64,000 nt of DNA, from the NCBI GenBank assembly GCA_964057225.1, contig OZ059898.1, forward strand, positions 3,224,001-3,288,000, written 5' to 3'. The stretch's first letter is position 1, and every line of letters starts with the position of its first letter. Source of the DNA: Auanema rhodensis (taxonomy: Eukaryota; Animalia; Nematoda). The notes under the pieces are model-generated. The model had not been told where the DNA came from. It searched no databases and saw only the letters and a list, made by a program, of their open reading frames with translations. The translations under genes were made by a program, and so were the position numbers. Of this stretch, positions 1-13,200 are shown one piece after another.

Positions 1-26
1 TTTTTGTCAAAATGTTTTTGGAAGCA

Positions 27-54
27 ATGTTGAGTGTACATGGAAACTCAACAT
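27..54. repeat. Inverted repeat H1 in each monomer: 9-bp perfect stem, 10-nt loop
   Basis: ATGTTGAGT (27-35) is the exact reverse complement of ACTCAACAT (46-54). Confidence 0.93.
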
Positions 55-137
55 ACACTAATGCATCATTTTTCAAACGATCATAACTAATTTTTGTATT
101 AAGCGTTTTTCAATGTAGTATAGTGCATTCGATGCGG

Positions 138-188
138 ATTTTTAAGCTGCGTCGATCTGTGTTATCAGATTTGCGCTAGCTTAAAAAT
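138..188. repeat. Inverted repeat H2 in each monomer: 51-nt imperfect hairpin
   Basis: ATTTTTAAGCT (138-148) pairs with AGCTTAAAAAT (178-188). After a T177 bulge, GCG (149-151) pairs with CGC (174-176), then ATCTG (155-159) with CAGAT (166-170) around the 6-nt loop TGTTAT. Confidence 0.93.
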
Positions 189-196
189 GCACTGAG

Positions 197-227
197 ATAT
201 CAACTGATATAAATTCACACTTATATC
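197..227. repeat. Overlapping inverted repeats H3/H4 in each monomer
   Basis: ATATCA-AC-TGATAT (197-210) overlaps GATATAAGT-TCAC-ACTTATATC (206-227, a 9-bp stem in the majority allele). Monomer 1 carries a G213A mismatch. Confidence 0.9.
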
Positions 228-329
228 CTCGATTTTCACCCTGAAGAAATAATTTTTTCGTTGAATAACATTGTCCATCGTCTTTGCCTTGAAAAAAGGA
301 ATCTAAAAACATCTACTTTTTGCTAAATT

Positions 330-364
330 ATTCTGAAATTTTTCGAAAAAATTTTTGTCAAAAT
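330..364. repeat. A/T-tract palindrome H5 spanning the arbitrary monomer junction
   Basis: Perfect 12-bp palindrome TTTTTCGAAAAA (339-350), flanked in the majority allele by ATTTTGA...TCAAAAT. Confidence 0.85.
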
Positions 365-2106
365 GTTTTTGGAAGCAATGTTGAGTGTACATGGAAACTC
401 AACATACACTAATGCATCATTTTTCAAACGATCATAACTAATTTTTGTATCAAGCGTTTTTCAATGTAGTATAGTGCATTCGATGCGGATTTTTAAGCTG
501 CGTCGATCTGTGTTATCAGATTTGCGCTAGCTTAAAAATGCACCGAGATATCAACTGATACAAGTTCACACTTATATCTTCGATTTTCACCCTGAAGAAA
601 TAATTTTTTCGTTGAATAACATTGTCCATCGTCTTTGCTTTGAAAAAAGGATTCTAAAAACATCTACTTTTTGCTAAATTATTTTGAAATTTTTCGAAAA
701 AATTTTTGTCAAAATGTTTTTGGAAGCATGTTGAGTGTACATGGAAACTCAACATACACTAATGCATCATTTTTCAAACGATCATAACTAATTTTTGTAT
801 CAAGCGTTTCTTAATGTTGTATAGTGCATTCGATCCGGATTTTTAAGCTGCGTCGATCTGTGTTATCAGATTTGCGCTAGCTTAAAAATGCACCGAGATA
901 TCAACTGATATAAGTTCACACTTATATCCTCGATTTTCACCCTGAAGAAATAATTTTTTCGTTGAATAACATCGTCCATCGTCTTTGCCTTGAAAAAAGG
1001 AATCTAAAAACATCTACTTTTTACTAAATTATTTTGAAATTTTTCGAAAAAATTTTTGTCAAAATGTTTTTGGAAGCAATGTTGAGTGTACATGGAAACT
1101 CAACATACACTAATGCATCATTTTTCAAACGATCATAACTAATCTTTGTATTAAGCTTTTCTCAATGTAGTATAGTGCATTCGATGCGGATTTTTAAGCT
1201 GCGTCGATCTGTGTTATCAGATTTGCGCTAGCTTAAAAATGCACCGAGATATCAACTGATATAAATTCACACTTATATCCTCGATTTTCACCCTGAAGAA
1301 ATAATTTTTTCGTTGAATAACATTGTCCATCGTCTTTGCCTTGAAAAAAGGAATCTAAAAACATCTACTTTTTGCTAAATTATTTTGAAATTTTTCGAAA
1401 AAATTTTTGTCAAAATGTTTTTGGAAGCAATGTTGAGTGTACATGGAAACTCAACATACACTAATGCATCATTTTTCAAACGATCATAACTAATCTTTGT
1501 ATTAAGCTTTTCTCAATGTAGTATAGTGCATTCGATGCGGATTTTTAAGCTGCGTCGATCTGTGTTATCAGATTTGCGCTAGCTTAAAAATGCACCGAGA
1601 TATCAACTGATATAAGTTCACACTTATATCCTCGATTTTCATCCTGAAGAATTAATTTTTTCGTTGAATAACATTGTCCATCGTCTTTGCCTTGAAAAAT
1701 CGAATCTAAAAACATCTACTTTTCGCTAAATTATTTTGAAATTTTTCGAAAAAATTTTTGTCAAAATGTTTTTGGAAGCAATGTTGAGTGTACATGGAAA
1801 CTCAACATACACTAATGCATCATTTTTCAAACGATCATAACTAATTTTTGTATTAAGCGTTTTTCAATGTAGTATAGTGCATTCGATGCGGATTTTTAAG
1901 CTGCGTCGATCTGTGTTATCAGATTTGCGCTAGCTTAAAAATGCACCGAGATATCAACTGATATAAGTTCACACTTATATCCTCGATTTTCATCCTGAAG
2001 AATTAATTTTTTCGTTGAATAACATTGTCTATCGTCTTTGCCTTGAAAAATGGAATCTAAAAACATCTACTTTTTGCTAAATTATTTTGAAATTTTTCCA
2101 AAAAAA

Positions 2107-4210
2107 TTTTTGTCAAAATGTTTTTGGAAGCAATGTTGAGTGTACATGGAAACTCAACATACACTAATGCATCATTTTTCTAACGATCATAACTAATTTT
2201 TGTATTAAGCTTTTCTCAATGTGGTATAGTGCATTCGATGTGGATTTTTAAGCTGCGTCGATCTGTGTTATCAGATTTGCGCTAGCTTAAAAATGCACCG
2301 AGATATCAACTGATATAAGTTCACACTTATATCCTCGATTTTCACCCTGAAGAATTAATTTTCTCGTTGAATAACATTGTCCATCGTCTTTGCCTTGAAA
2401 AAAGGAATCTAAAAACATCTACTTTTTGCTAAATTATTTTGAAATTTTCCGAAAAAATTTTTGTCAAAATGTTTTTGGAAGCAATGTTGAGTGTACATGG
2501 AAACTCAACATACACTAATGCATCATTTTTCAAACGATCATAACTAATTTTTGTATTGAGCGTTTTTCAATGTAGTATAGTGCATTCGATGCGGATTTTT
2601 AAGCTGCGTCGATCTGTGTTATCAGATTTGCGCTAGCTTAAAAATGCACCGAGATATCAACTGATATAAGTTCACACTTATATCCTCGATTTTCACCCTG
2701 AAGAAATAATTTTTTCGTTGAATAACATTGTCCATCGTCTTTGCCTTGAAAAAAGGAATCTAAAAACATCTACTTTTTGCTAAATTATTTTGAAATTTTT
2801 CGAAAAAATTTTTGTCAAAATTTTTTGGAAGCAATGTTGAGTGTACATGGAAACTCAACATACACTAATGCATCATTTTTCAAACGATCATAACTAATTT
2901 TTGTATTAAGCTTTTCTCAATGTAGTATAGTGCATTCGATGCGGATTTTTAAGCTGCGTCGATCTGTGTTATCAGATTTGCGCTAGCTTAAAAATGCACC
3001 GAGATATCAATTGATATAAGTTCACACTTATATCCTCGATTTTCACCCTGAAGAATTAATTTTTTCGTTGAATAACATTGTCTATCGTCTTTGCCTTGAA
3101 AAATGGAATCTAAAAACATCTACTTTTTGCTAAATTATTCTGAAATTTTTCGAAAAAATTTTTGTCAAAATGTTTTTGGAAGCAATGTTGAGTGTACATG
3201 GAAACTCAACATACACTATTGCATCATTTTTCTAACGATCATAACTAATTTTTGTATTAAGCTTTTCTCAATGTGGTATAGTGCATTCGATGTGGATTTT
3301 TAAGCTGCGTCGATCTGTGTTATCAGATTTGCGCTAGCTTAAAAATGCACCGAGATATCAACTGATATAAGTTCACACTTATATCCTCGATTTTCACCCT
3401 GAAGAATTAATTTTCTCGTTGAATAACATTGTCCATCGTCTTTGCCTTGAAAAAAGGAATCTAAAAACATCTACTTTTTGCTAAATTATTTTGAAATTTT
3501 CCGAAAAAATTTTTGTCAAAATGTTTTTGGAAGCAATGTTGAGTGTACATGGAAACTCAACATACACTAATGCATCATTTTTCAAACGATCATAACTAAT
3601 TTTTGTATTGAGCGTTTTTCAATGTAGTATAGTGCGTTCGATGCGGATTTTTAAGCTGCGTCGATCTGTGTTATCAGATTTGCGCTAGCTTAAAAATGCA
3701 CCGAGATATCAACTGATATAAGTTCACACTTATATCCTCGATTTTCACCCTGAAGAAATAATTTTTTCGTTGAATAACATTGTCCATCGTCTTTGCCTTG
3801 AAAAAAGGAATCTAAAAACATCTACTTTTTGCTAAATTATTTTGAAATTTTTCGAAAAAATTTTTGTCAAAATTTTTTGGAAGCAATGTTGAGTGTACAT
3901 GGAAACTCAACATACACTAATGCATCATTTTTCAAACGATCATAACTAATTTTTGTATTAAGCTTTTCTCAATGTAGTATAGTGCATTCGATGCGGATTT
4001 TTAAGCTGCGTCGATCTGTGTTATCAGATTTGCGCTAGCTTAAAAATGCACCGAGATATCAATTGATATAAGTTCACACTTATATCCTCGATTTTCACCC
4101 TGAAGAATTAATTTTTTCGTTGAATAACATTGTCTATCGTCTTTGCCTTGAAAAATGGAATCTAAAAACATCTACTTTTTGCTAAATTATTCTGAAATTT
4201 TTCGAAAAAA
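2107..4210. repeat. Tandem duplication of a 3-monomer (1052-bp) unit
   Basis: Private variants repeat at offset 1052: GTGGT/GATGTGG (2221-2243 and 3273-3295), TATTGAG (2558 and 3610), AATTG (3011 and 4063). Confidence 0.88.
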
Positions 4211-7200
4211 TTTTTGTCAAAATGTTTTTGGAAGCAATGTTGAGTGTACATGGAAACTCAACATACACTATTGCATCATTTTTCTAACGATCATAACTAA
4301 TTTTTGTATTAAGCTTTTCTCAATGTAGTATAGTGCATTCGATGCGGATTTTTAAGCTGCGTCGATCTGTGTTATCAGATTTGCGCTAGCTTAAAAATGC
4401 ACCGAGATATCAACTGATATAAGTTCACACTTATATCCTCGATTTTCACCCTGAAGAATTAATTTTCTCGTTGAATAACATTGTCCATCGTCTTTGCCTT
4501 GAAAAAAGGAATCTAAAAACATCTACTTTTTGCTAAATTATTTTGAAATTTTCCGAAAAAATTTTTGTCAAAATGTTTTTGGAAGCAATGTTGAGTGTAC
4601 ATGGAAACTCAACATACACTAATGCATCATTTTTCAAACGATCATAACTAATTTTTGTATTAAGCGTTTTTCAATGTAGTATAGTGCATTCGATGCGGAT
4701 TTTTAAGCTGCGTCGATCTGTGTTATCAGATTTGCGCTAGCTTAAAAATGCACTGAGATATCAACTGATATAAATTCACACTTATATCCTCGATTTTCAC
4801 CCTGAAGAAATAATTTTTTCGTTGAATAACATTGTCCATCGTCTTTGCCTTGAAAAAAGGAATCTAAAAACATCTACTTTTTGCTAAATTATTTTGAAAT
4901 TTTTCGAAAAAATTTTTGTCAAAATTTTTTGGAAGCAATGTTGAGTGTACATGGAAACTCAACATACACTAATGCATCATTTTTCAAACGATCATAACTA
5001 ATTTTTGTATTAAGCGTTTTTCAATGTAGTGTAGTGCATTCGATGCGGATTTTTAAGCTGCGTCGATCTGTGTTATCAGATTTGCTCTAGCTTAAAAATG
5101 CACCGAGATATCAACTGATATAAGTTCACACTTATATCCTCGATTTTCATCCTGAAGAATTAATTTTTTCGTTGAATAACATTGTCCATCGTCTTTGCCT
5201 TGAAAAATCGAATCTAAAAACATCTACTTTTTGCTAAATTATTCTGAAATTTTTCGAAAAAATTTTTGTCAAAATATTTTTGGAAGCAATGTTGAGTGTA
5301 CATGGAAACTCAACATACACTATTGCATCATTTTTCTAACGATCATAACTAATTTTTGTATTAAGCTTTTCTCAATGTAGTATAGTGCATTCGATGCGGA
5401 TTTTTAAGCTGCGTCGATCTGTGTTATCAGATTTGCGCTAGCTTAAAAATGCACCGAGATATCAACTGATATAAGTTCACACTTATATCCTCGATTTTCA
5501 CCCTGAAGAATTAATTTTCTCGTTGAATAACATTGTCCATCGTCTTTGCCTTGAAAAAAGGAATCTAAAAACATCTACTTTTTGCTAAATTATTTTGAAA
5601 TTTTCCGAAAAAATTTTTGTCAAAATGTTTTTGGAAGCAATGTTGAGTGTACATGGAAACTCAACATACACTAATGCATCATTTTTCAAACGATCATAAC
5701 TAATTTTTGTATTAAGCGTTTTTCAATGTAGTGTAGTGCATTCGATGCGGATTTTTAAGCTGCGTCGATCTGTGTTATCAGATTTGCTCTAGCTCAAAAA
5801 TGCACCGAGATATCAACTGATATAAGTTCACACTTATATCCTCGATTTTCATCCTGAAGAATTAATTTTTTCGTTGAATAACATTGTCCATCGTCTTTGC
5901 CTTGAAAAATCGAATCTAAAAACATCTACTTTTTGCTAAATTATTTTGAAATTTTTCGAAAAAATTTTTGTCAAAATGTTTTTGGAAGCAATGTTGAGTG
6001 TACATGGAAACTCAACATACACTAATGCATCATTTTTCAAACGATCATAACTAATTTTTGTATTAAGCTTTTCTCAATGTAGTATAGTGCATTCGATGCG
6101 GATTTTTAAGCTGCGTCGATCTGTGTTATCAGATTTGCGCTAGCTTAAAAATGCACCGAGATATCAATTGATATAAGTTCACACTTATATCCTCGATTTT
6201 CACCCTGAAGAATTAATTTTTTCGTTGAATAACATTGTCTATCGTCTTTGCCTTGAAAAATGGAATCTAAAAACATCTACTTTTTGCTAAATTATTCTGA
6301 AATTTTTCGAAAAAATTTTTGTCAAAATATTTTTGGAAGCAATGTTGAGTGTACATGGAAACTCAACATACACTATTGCATCATTTTTCTAACGATCATA
6401 ACTAATTTTTGTATTAAGCTTTTCTCAATGTAGTATAGTGCATTCGATGCGGATTTTTAAGCTGCGTCGATCTGTGTTATCAGATTTGCGCTAGCTTAAA
6501 AATGCACCGAGATATCAACTGATATAAGTTCACACTTATATCCTCGATTTTCACCCTGAAGAATTAATTTTCTCGTTGAATAACATTGTCCATCGTCTTT
6601 GCCTTGAAAAAAGGAATCTAAAAACATCTACTTTTTGCTAAATTATTTTGAAATTTTCCGAAAAAATTTTTGTCAAAATGTTTTTGGAAGCAATGTTGAG
6701 TGTACATGGAAACTCAACATACACTAATGCATCATTTTTCAAACGATCATAACTAATTTTTGTATTAAGCGTTTTTCAATGTAGTATAGTGCATTCGATG
6801 CGGATTTTTAAGCTGCGTCGATCTGTGTTATCAGATTTGCGCTAGCTTAAAAATGCACTGAGATATCAACTGATATAAATTCACACTTATATCCTCGATT
6901 TTCACCCTGAAGAAATAATTTTTTCGTTGAATAACATTGTCCATCGTCTTTGCCTTGAAAAAAGGAATCTAAAAACATCTACTTTTTGCTAAATTATTTT
7001 GAAATTTTTCGAAAAAATTTTTGTCAAAATTTTTTGGAAGCAATGTTGAGTGTACATGGAAACTCAACATACACTAATGCATCATTTTTCAAACGATCAT
7101 AACTAATTTTTGTATTAAGCGTTTTTCAATGTAGTGTAGTGCATTCGATGCGGATTTTTAAGCTGCGTCGATCTGTGTTATCAGATTTGCTCTAGCTTAA

Positions 7201-10200
7201 AAATGCACCGAGATATCAACTGATATAAGTTCACACTTATATCCTCGATTTTCATCCTGAAGAATTAATTTTTTCGTTGAATAACATTGTCCATCGTCTT
7301 TGCCTTGAAAAATCGAATCTAAAAACATCTACTTTTCGCTAAATTATTTTGAAATTTTTCGAAAAAATTTTTGTCAAAATGTTTTTGGAAGCAATGTTGA
7401 GTGTACATGGAAACTCAACATACACTAATGCATCATTTTTCAAACGATCATAACTAATTTTTGTATTAAGCTTTTCTCAATGTAGTATAGTGCATTCGAT
7501 GCGGATTTTTAAGCTGCGTCGATCTGTGTTATCAGATTTGCGCTAGCTTAAAAATGCACCGAGATATCAACTGATATAAGTTCACACTTATATCCTCGAT
7601 TTTCACCCTGAAGAAATAATTTTTTCGTTGAATAACATTGTCCATCGTCTTTGCCTTGAAAAAAGGAATCTAAAAACATCTACTTTTTGCTAAATTATTT
7701 TGAAATTTTTCGAAAAAATTTTTGTCAAAATTTTTTGGAAGCAATGTTGAGTGTACATGGAAACTCAACATACACTAATGCATCATTTTTCAAACGATCA
7801 TAACTAATTTTTGTATCAAGCGTTTTTCAATGTAGTATAGTGCATTCGATGCGGATTTTTAAGCTGCGTCGATCTGTGTTATCAGATTTGCGCTAGCTTA
7901 AAAATGCACCGAGATATCAACTGATATAAGTTCACACTTATATCCTCGATTTTCACCCTGAAGAAATAATTTTTTCGTTGAATAACATTGTCCATCGTCT
8001 TTGCCTTGAAAAAAGGAATCTAAAAACATCTACTTTTTGCTAAATTATTTTGAAATTTTTCGAAAAAATTTTTGTCAAAATTTTTTGGAAGCAATGTTGA
8101 GTGTACATGGAAACTCAACATACACTAATGCATCATTTTTCAAACGATCATAACTAATTTTTGTATCAAGCTTTTCTCAATGTAGTATAGTGCATTCGAT
8201 GCGGATTTTTAAGCTGCGTCGATCTGTGTTATCAGATTTGCGCTAGCTTAAAAATGCACCGAGATATCAACTGATATAAGTTCACACTTATATCCTCGAT
8301 TTTCACCCTGAAGAATTAATTTTTTCGTTGAATAACATTGTCTATCGTCTTTGCCTTGAAAAAAGGAATCTAAAAACATCTACTTTTTGCTAAATTATTT
8401 TGAAATTTTCCGAAAAAATTTTTGTCAAAATGTTTTTGGAAGCAATGTTGAGTGTACATGGAAACTCAACATACACTATTGCATCATTTTTCAAACGATC
8501 ATAACTAATTTTTGTATTAAGCGTTTTTCAATGTAGTATAGTGCATTCGATGCGGATTTTTAAGCTGCGTCGATCTGTGTTATCAGATTTGCGCTAGCTT
8601 AAAAATGCACTGAGATATCAACTGATATAAATTCACACTTATATCCTCGATTTTCACCCTGAAGAAATAATTTTTTCGTTGAATAACATTGTCCATCGTC
8701 TTTGCCTTGAAAAAAGGAATCTAAAAACATCTACTTTTTGCTAAATTATTTTGAAATTTTTCGAAAAAATTTTTGTCAAAATTTTTTGGAAGCAATGTTG
8801 AGTGTACATGGAAACTCAACATACACTAATGCATCATTTTTCAAACGATCATAACTAATTTTTGTATTAAGCGTTTTTCAATGTAGTGTAGTGCATTCGA
8901 TGCGGATTTTTAAGCTGCGTCGATCTGTGTTATCAGATTTGCGCTAGCTTAAAAATGCACCGAGATATCAACTGATATAAGTTCACACTTATATCCTCGA
9001 TTTTCATCCTGAAGAATTAATTTTTTCGTTGAATAACATTGTCCATCGTCTTTGCCTTGAAAAATCGAATCTAAAAACATCTACTTTTCGCTAAATTATT
9101 TTGAAATTTTTCGAAAAAATTTTTGTCAAAATGTTTTTGGAAGCAATGTTGAGTGTACATGGAAACTCAACATACACTAATGCATCATTTTTCAAACGAT
9201 CATAACTAATTTTTGTATCAAGCGTTTTTCAATGTAGTATAGTGCATTCGATGCGGATTTTTAAGCTGCGTCGATCTGTGTTATCAGATTTGCGCTAGCT
9301 TAAAAATGCACCGAGATATCAACTGATATAAGTTCACACTTATATCCTCGATTTTCATCCTGAAGAATTAATTTTTTCGTTGAATAACATTGTCCATCGT
9401 CTTTGCCTTGAAAAAAGGAATCTAAAAACATCTACTTTTTGCTAAATTATTTTGAAATTTTTCGAAAAAATTTTTGTCAAAATTTTTTGGAAGCAATGTT
9501 GAGTGTACATGGAAACTCAACATACACTAATGCATCATTTTTCAAACGATCATAACTAATTTTTGTATCAAGCGTTTTTCAATGTAGTATAGTGCATTCG
9601 ATGCGGATTTTTAAGCTGCGTCGATCTGTGTTATCAGATTTGCGCTAGCTTAAAAATGCACCGAGATATCAATTGATATAAGTTCACACTTATATCCTCG
9701 ATTTTCACCCTGAAGAATTAATTTTTTCGTTGAATAACATTGTCTATCGTCTTTGCCTTGAAAAATGGAATCTAAAAACATCTACTTTTTGCTAAATTAT
9801 TCTGAAATTTTTCGAAAAAATTTTTGTCAAAATATTTTTGGAAGCAATGTTGAGTGTACATGGAAACTCAACATACACTATTGCATCATTTTTCTAACGA
9901 TCATAACTAATTTTTGTATTAAGCTTTTCTCAATGTAGTATAGTGCATTCGATGCGGATTTTTAAGCTGCGTCGATCTGTGTTATCAGATTTGCGCTAGC
10001 TTAAAAATGCACTGAGATATCAACTGATATAAATTCACACTTATATCCTCGATTTTCACCCTGAAGAAATAATTTTTTCGTTGAATAACATTGTCCATCG
10101 TCTTTGCCTTGAAAAAAGGAATCTAAAAACATCTACTTTTTGCTAAATTATTTTGAAATTTTTCGAAAAAATTTTTGTCAAAATTTTTTGGAAGCAATGT

Positions 10201-13200
10201 TGAGTGTACATGGAAACTCAACATACACTAATGCATCATTTTTCAAACGATCATAACTAATTTTTGTATTAAGCGTTTTTCAATGTAGTGTAGTGCATTC
10301 GATGCGGATTTTTAAGCTGCGTCGATCTGTGTTATCAGATTTGCTCTAGCTTAAAAATGCACCGAGATATCAACTGATATAAGTTCACACTTATATCCTC
10401 GATTTTCATCCTGAAGAATTAATTTTTTCGTTGAATAACATTGTCCATCGTCTTTGCCTTGAAAAATCGAATCTAAAAACATCTACTTTTCGCTAAATTA
10501 TTTTGAAATTTTTCGAAAAAATTTTTGTCAAAATGTTTTTGGAAGCAATGTTGAGTGTACATGGAAACTCAACATACACTAATGCATCATTTTTCAAACG
10601 ATCATAACTAATTTTTGTATCAAGCGTTTTTCAATGTAGTATAGTGCATTCGATGCGGATTTTTAAGCTGCGTCGATCTGTGTTATCAGATTTGCGCTAG
10701 CTTAAAAATGCACCGAGATATCAACTGATATAAGTTCACACTTATATCCTCGATTTTCATCCTGAAGAATTAATTTTTTCGTTGAATAACATTGTCCATC
10801 GTCTTTGCCTTGAAAAATCGAATCTAAAAACATCTACTTTTTGCTAAATTATTTTGAAATTTTCCGAAAAAATTTTTGTCAAAATGTTTTTGGAAGCAAT
10901 GTTGAGTGTACATGGAAACTCAACATACACTAATGCATCATTTTTCAAACGATCATAACTAATTTTTGTATTAAGCGTTTTTCAATGTAGTATAGTGCAT
11001 TCGATGCGGATTTTTAAGCTGCGTCGATCTGTGTTATCAGATTTGCGCTAGCTTAAAAATGCACCGAGATATCAATTGATATAAGTTCACACTTATATCC
11101 TCGATTTTCACCCTGAAGAATTAATTTTTTCGTTGAATAACATTGTCTATCGTCTTTGCCTTGAAAAATGGAATCTAAAAACATCTACTTTTTGCTAAAT
11201 TATTCTGAAATTTTTCGAAAAAATTTTTGTCAAAATATTTTTGGAAGCAATGTTGAGTGTACATGGAAACTCAACATACACTAATGCATCATTTTTCAAA
11301 CGATCATAACTAATTTTTGTATTAAGCGTTTTTCAATGTAGTGTAGTGCATTCGATGCGGATTTTTAAGCTGCGTCGATCTGTGTTATCAGATTTGCTCT
11401 AGCTTAAAAATGCACCGAGATATCAACTGATATAAGTTCACACTTATATCCTCGATTTTCATCCTGAAGAATTAATTTTTTCGTTGAATAACATTGTCCA
11501 TCGTCTTTGCCTTGAAAAATCGAATCTAAAAACATCTACTTTTCGCTAAATTATTTTGAAATTTTTCGAAAAAATTTTTGTCAAAATGTTTTTGGAAGCA
11601 ATGTTGAGTGTACATGGAAACTCAACATACACTAATGCATCATTTTTCAAACGATCATAACTAATTTTTGTATCAAGCGTTTTTCAATGTAGTATAGTGC
11701 ATTCGATGCGGATTTTTAAGCTGCGTCGATCTGTGTTATCAGATTTGCGCTAGCTTAAAAATGCACCGAGATATCAACTGATATAAGTTCACACTTATAT
11801 CCTCGATTTTCATCCTGAAGAATTAATTTTTTCGTTGAATAACATTGTCCATCGTCTTTGCCTTGAAAAATCGAATCTAAAAACATCTACTTTTTGCTAA
11901 ATTATTTTGAAATTTTCCGAAAAAATTTTTGTCAAAATGTTTTTGGAAGCAATGTTGAGTGTACATGGAAACTCAACATACACTAATGCATCATTTTTCA
12001 AACGATCATAACTAATTTTTGTATTAAGCGTTTTTCAATGTAGTATAGTGCATTCGATGCGGATTTTTAAGCTGCGTCGATCTGTGTTATCAGATTTGCG
12101 CTAGCTTAAAAATGCACCGAGATATCAATTGATATAAGTTCACACTTATATCCTCGATTTTCACCCTGAAGAATTAATTTTTTCGTTGAATAACATTGTC
12201 TATCGTCTTTGCCTTGAAAAATGGAATCTAAAAACATCTACTTTTTGCTAAATTATTCTGAAATTTTTCGAAAAAATTTTTGTCAAAATATTTTTGGAAG
12301 CAATGTTGAGTGTACATGGAAACTCAACATACACTATTGCATCATTTTTCTAACGATCATAACTAATTTTTGTATTAAGCTTTTCTCAATGTAGTATAGT
12401 GCATTCGATGCGGATTTTTAAGCTGCGTCGATCTGTGTTATCAGATTTGCGCTAGCTTAAAAATGCACCGAGATATCAACTGATATAAGTTCACACTTAT
12501 ATCCTCGATTTTCACCCTGAAGAATTAATTTTCTCGTTGAATAACATTGTCCATCGTCTTTGCCTTGAAAAAAGGAATCTAAAAACATCTACTTTTTGCT
12601 AAATTATTTTGAAATTTTCCGAAAAAATTTTTGTCAAAATGTTTTTGGAAGCAATGTTGAGTGTACATGGAAACTCAACATACACTATTGCATCATTTTT
12701 CTAACGATCATAACTAATTTTTGTATTAAGCTTTTCTCAATGTAGTATAGTGCATTCGATACGGATTTTTAAGCTGCGTCGATCTGTGTTATCAGATTTG
12801 CGCTAGCTTAAAAATGCACTGAGATATCAACTGATATAAATTCACACTTATATCCTCGATTTTCACCCTGAAGAAATAATTTTTTCGTTGAATAACATTG
12901 TCCATCGTCTTTGCCTTGAAAAAAGGAATCTAAAAACATCTACTTTTTGCTAAATTATTTTGAAATTTTTCGAAAAAATTTTTGTCAAAATTTTTTGGAA
13001 GCAATGTTGAGTGTACATGGAAACTCAACATACACTAATGCATCATTTTTCAAACGATCATAACTAATTTTTGTATTAAGCGTTTTTCAATGAAGTGTAG
13101 TGCATTCGATGCGGATTTTTAAGCTGCGTCGATCTGTGTTATCAGATTTGCTCTAGCTTAAAAATGCACCGAGATATCAACTGATATAAGTTCACACTTA

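Larger units (their letters stand above)
1..351. repeat. Reference monomer (arbitrary phase); monomer positions quoted elsewhere refer to this copy
   Basis: Hand count 56 C + 52 G of 351 (~31% GC), with many A4-6/T4-6 tracts. Sites: TGTACA (35-40), ATGCAT (61-66), GCTAGC (175-180), GATATC (196-201), TTCGAA (342-347). Confidence 0.97.

Noticed and set aside
256-272. TTTCGTTGAA resembles the 5' half of the CENP-B box
   Set aside because: The essential CGGG at positions 13-16 is absent, so only 5 of 9 required bases match.
241-280. CTGAAGA matches the hammerhead ribozyme CUGANGA core; some animal satellites encode hammerheads
   Set aside because: There is no convincing stem II followed by GAAA (the sequence reads GAAT), and no stem I pairing around the downstream GTC. 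An Infernal/Rfam scan would settle it.
1-351. Monomer length is a multiple of 3 (117 codons) and one + frame has only four stops, hinting at a decayed coding repeat
   Set aside because: The stops are essentially fixed, about one in five monomers has a 1-bp deletion that shifts the frame, and the translation resembles nothing I recognise.
1-351. Assignment to known ~350-360 bp insect satellites (Drosophila 1.688/359-bp, Tribolium satellites)
   Set aside because: Only length and AT-richness are similar, and I cannot recognise sequence identity. A BLAST search is needed.
3103-3303. 66-aa ORF (+)
   Set aside because: It exists only because this copy combines the AAAAATGG variant (ATG) with the TGTGGT variant that removes a stop. 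Other monomers have a stop in this frame, and there is no recognisable protein.
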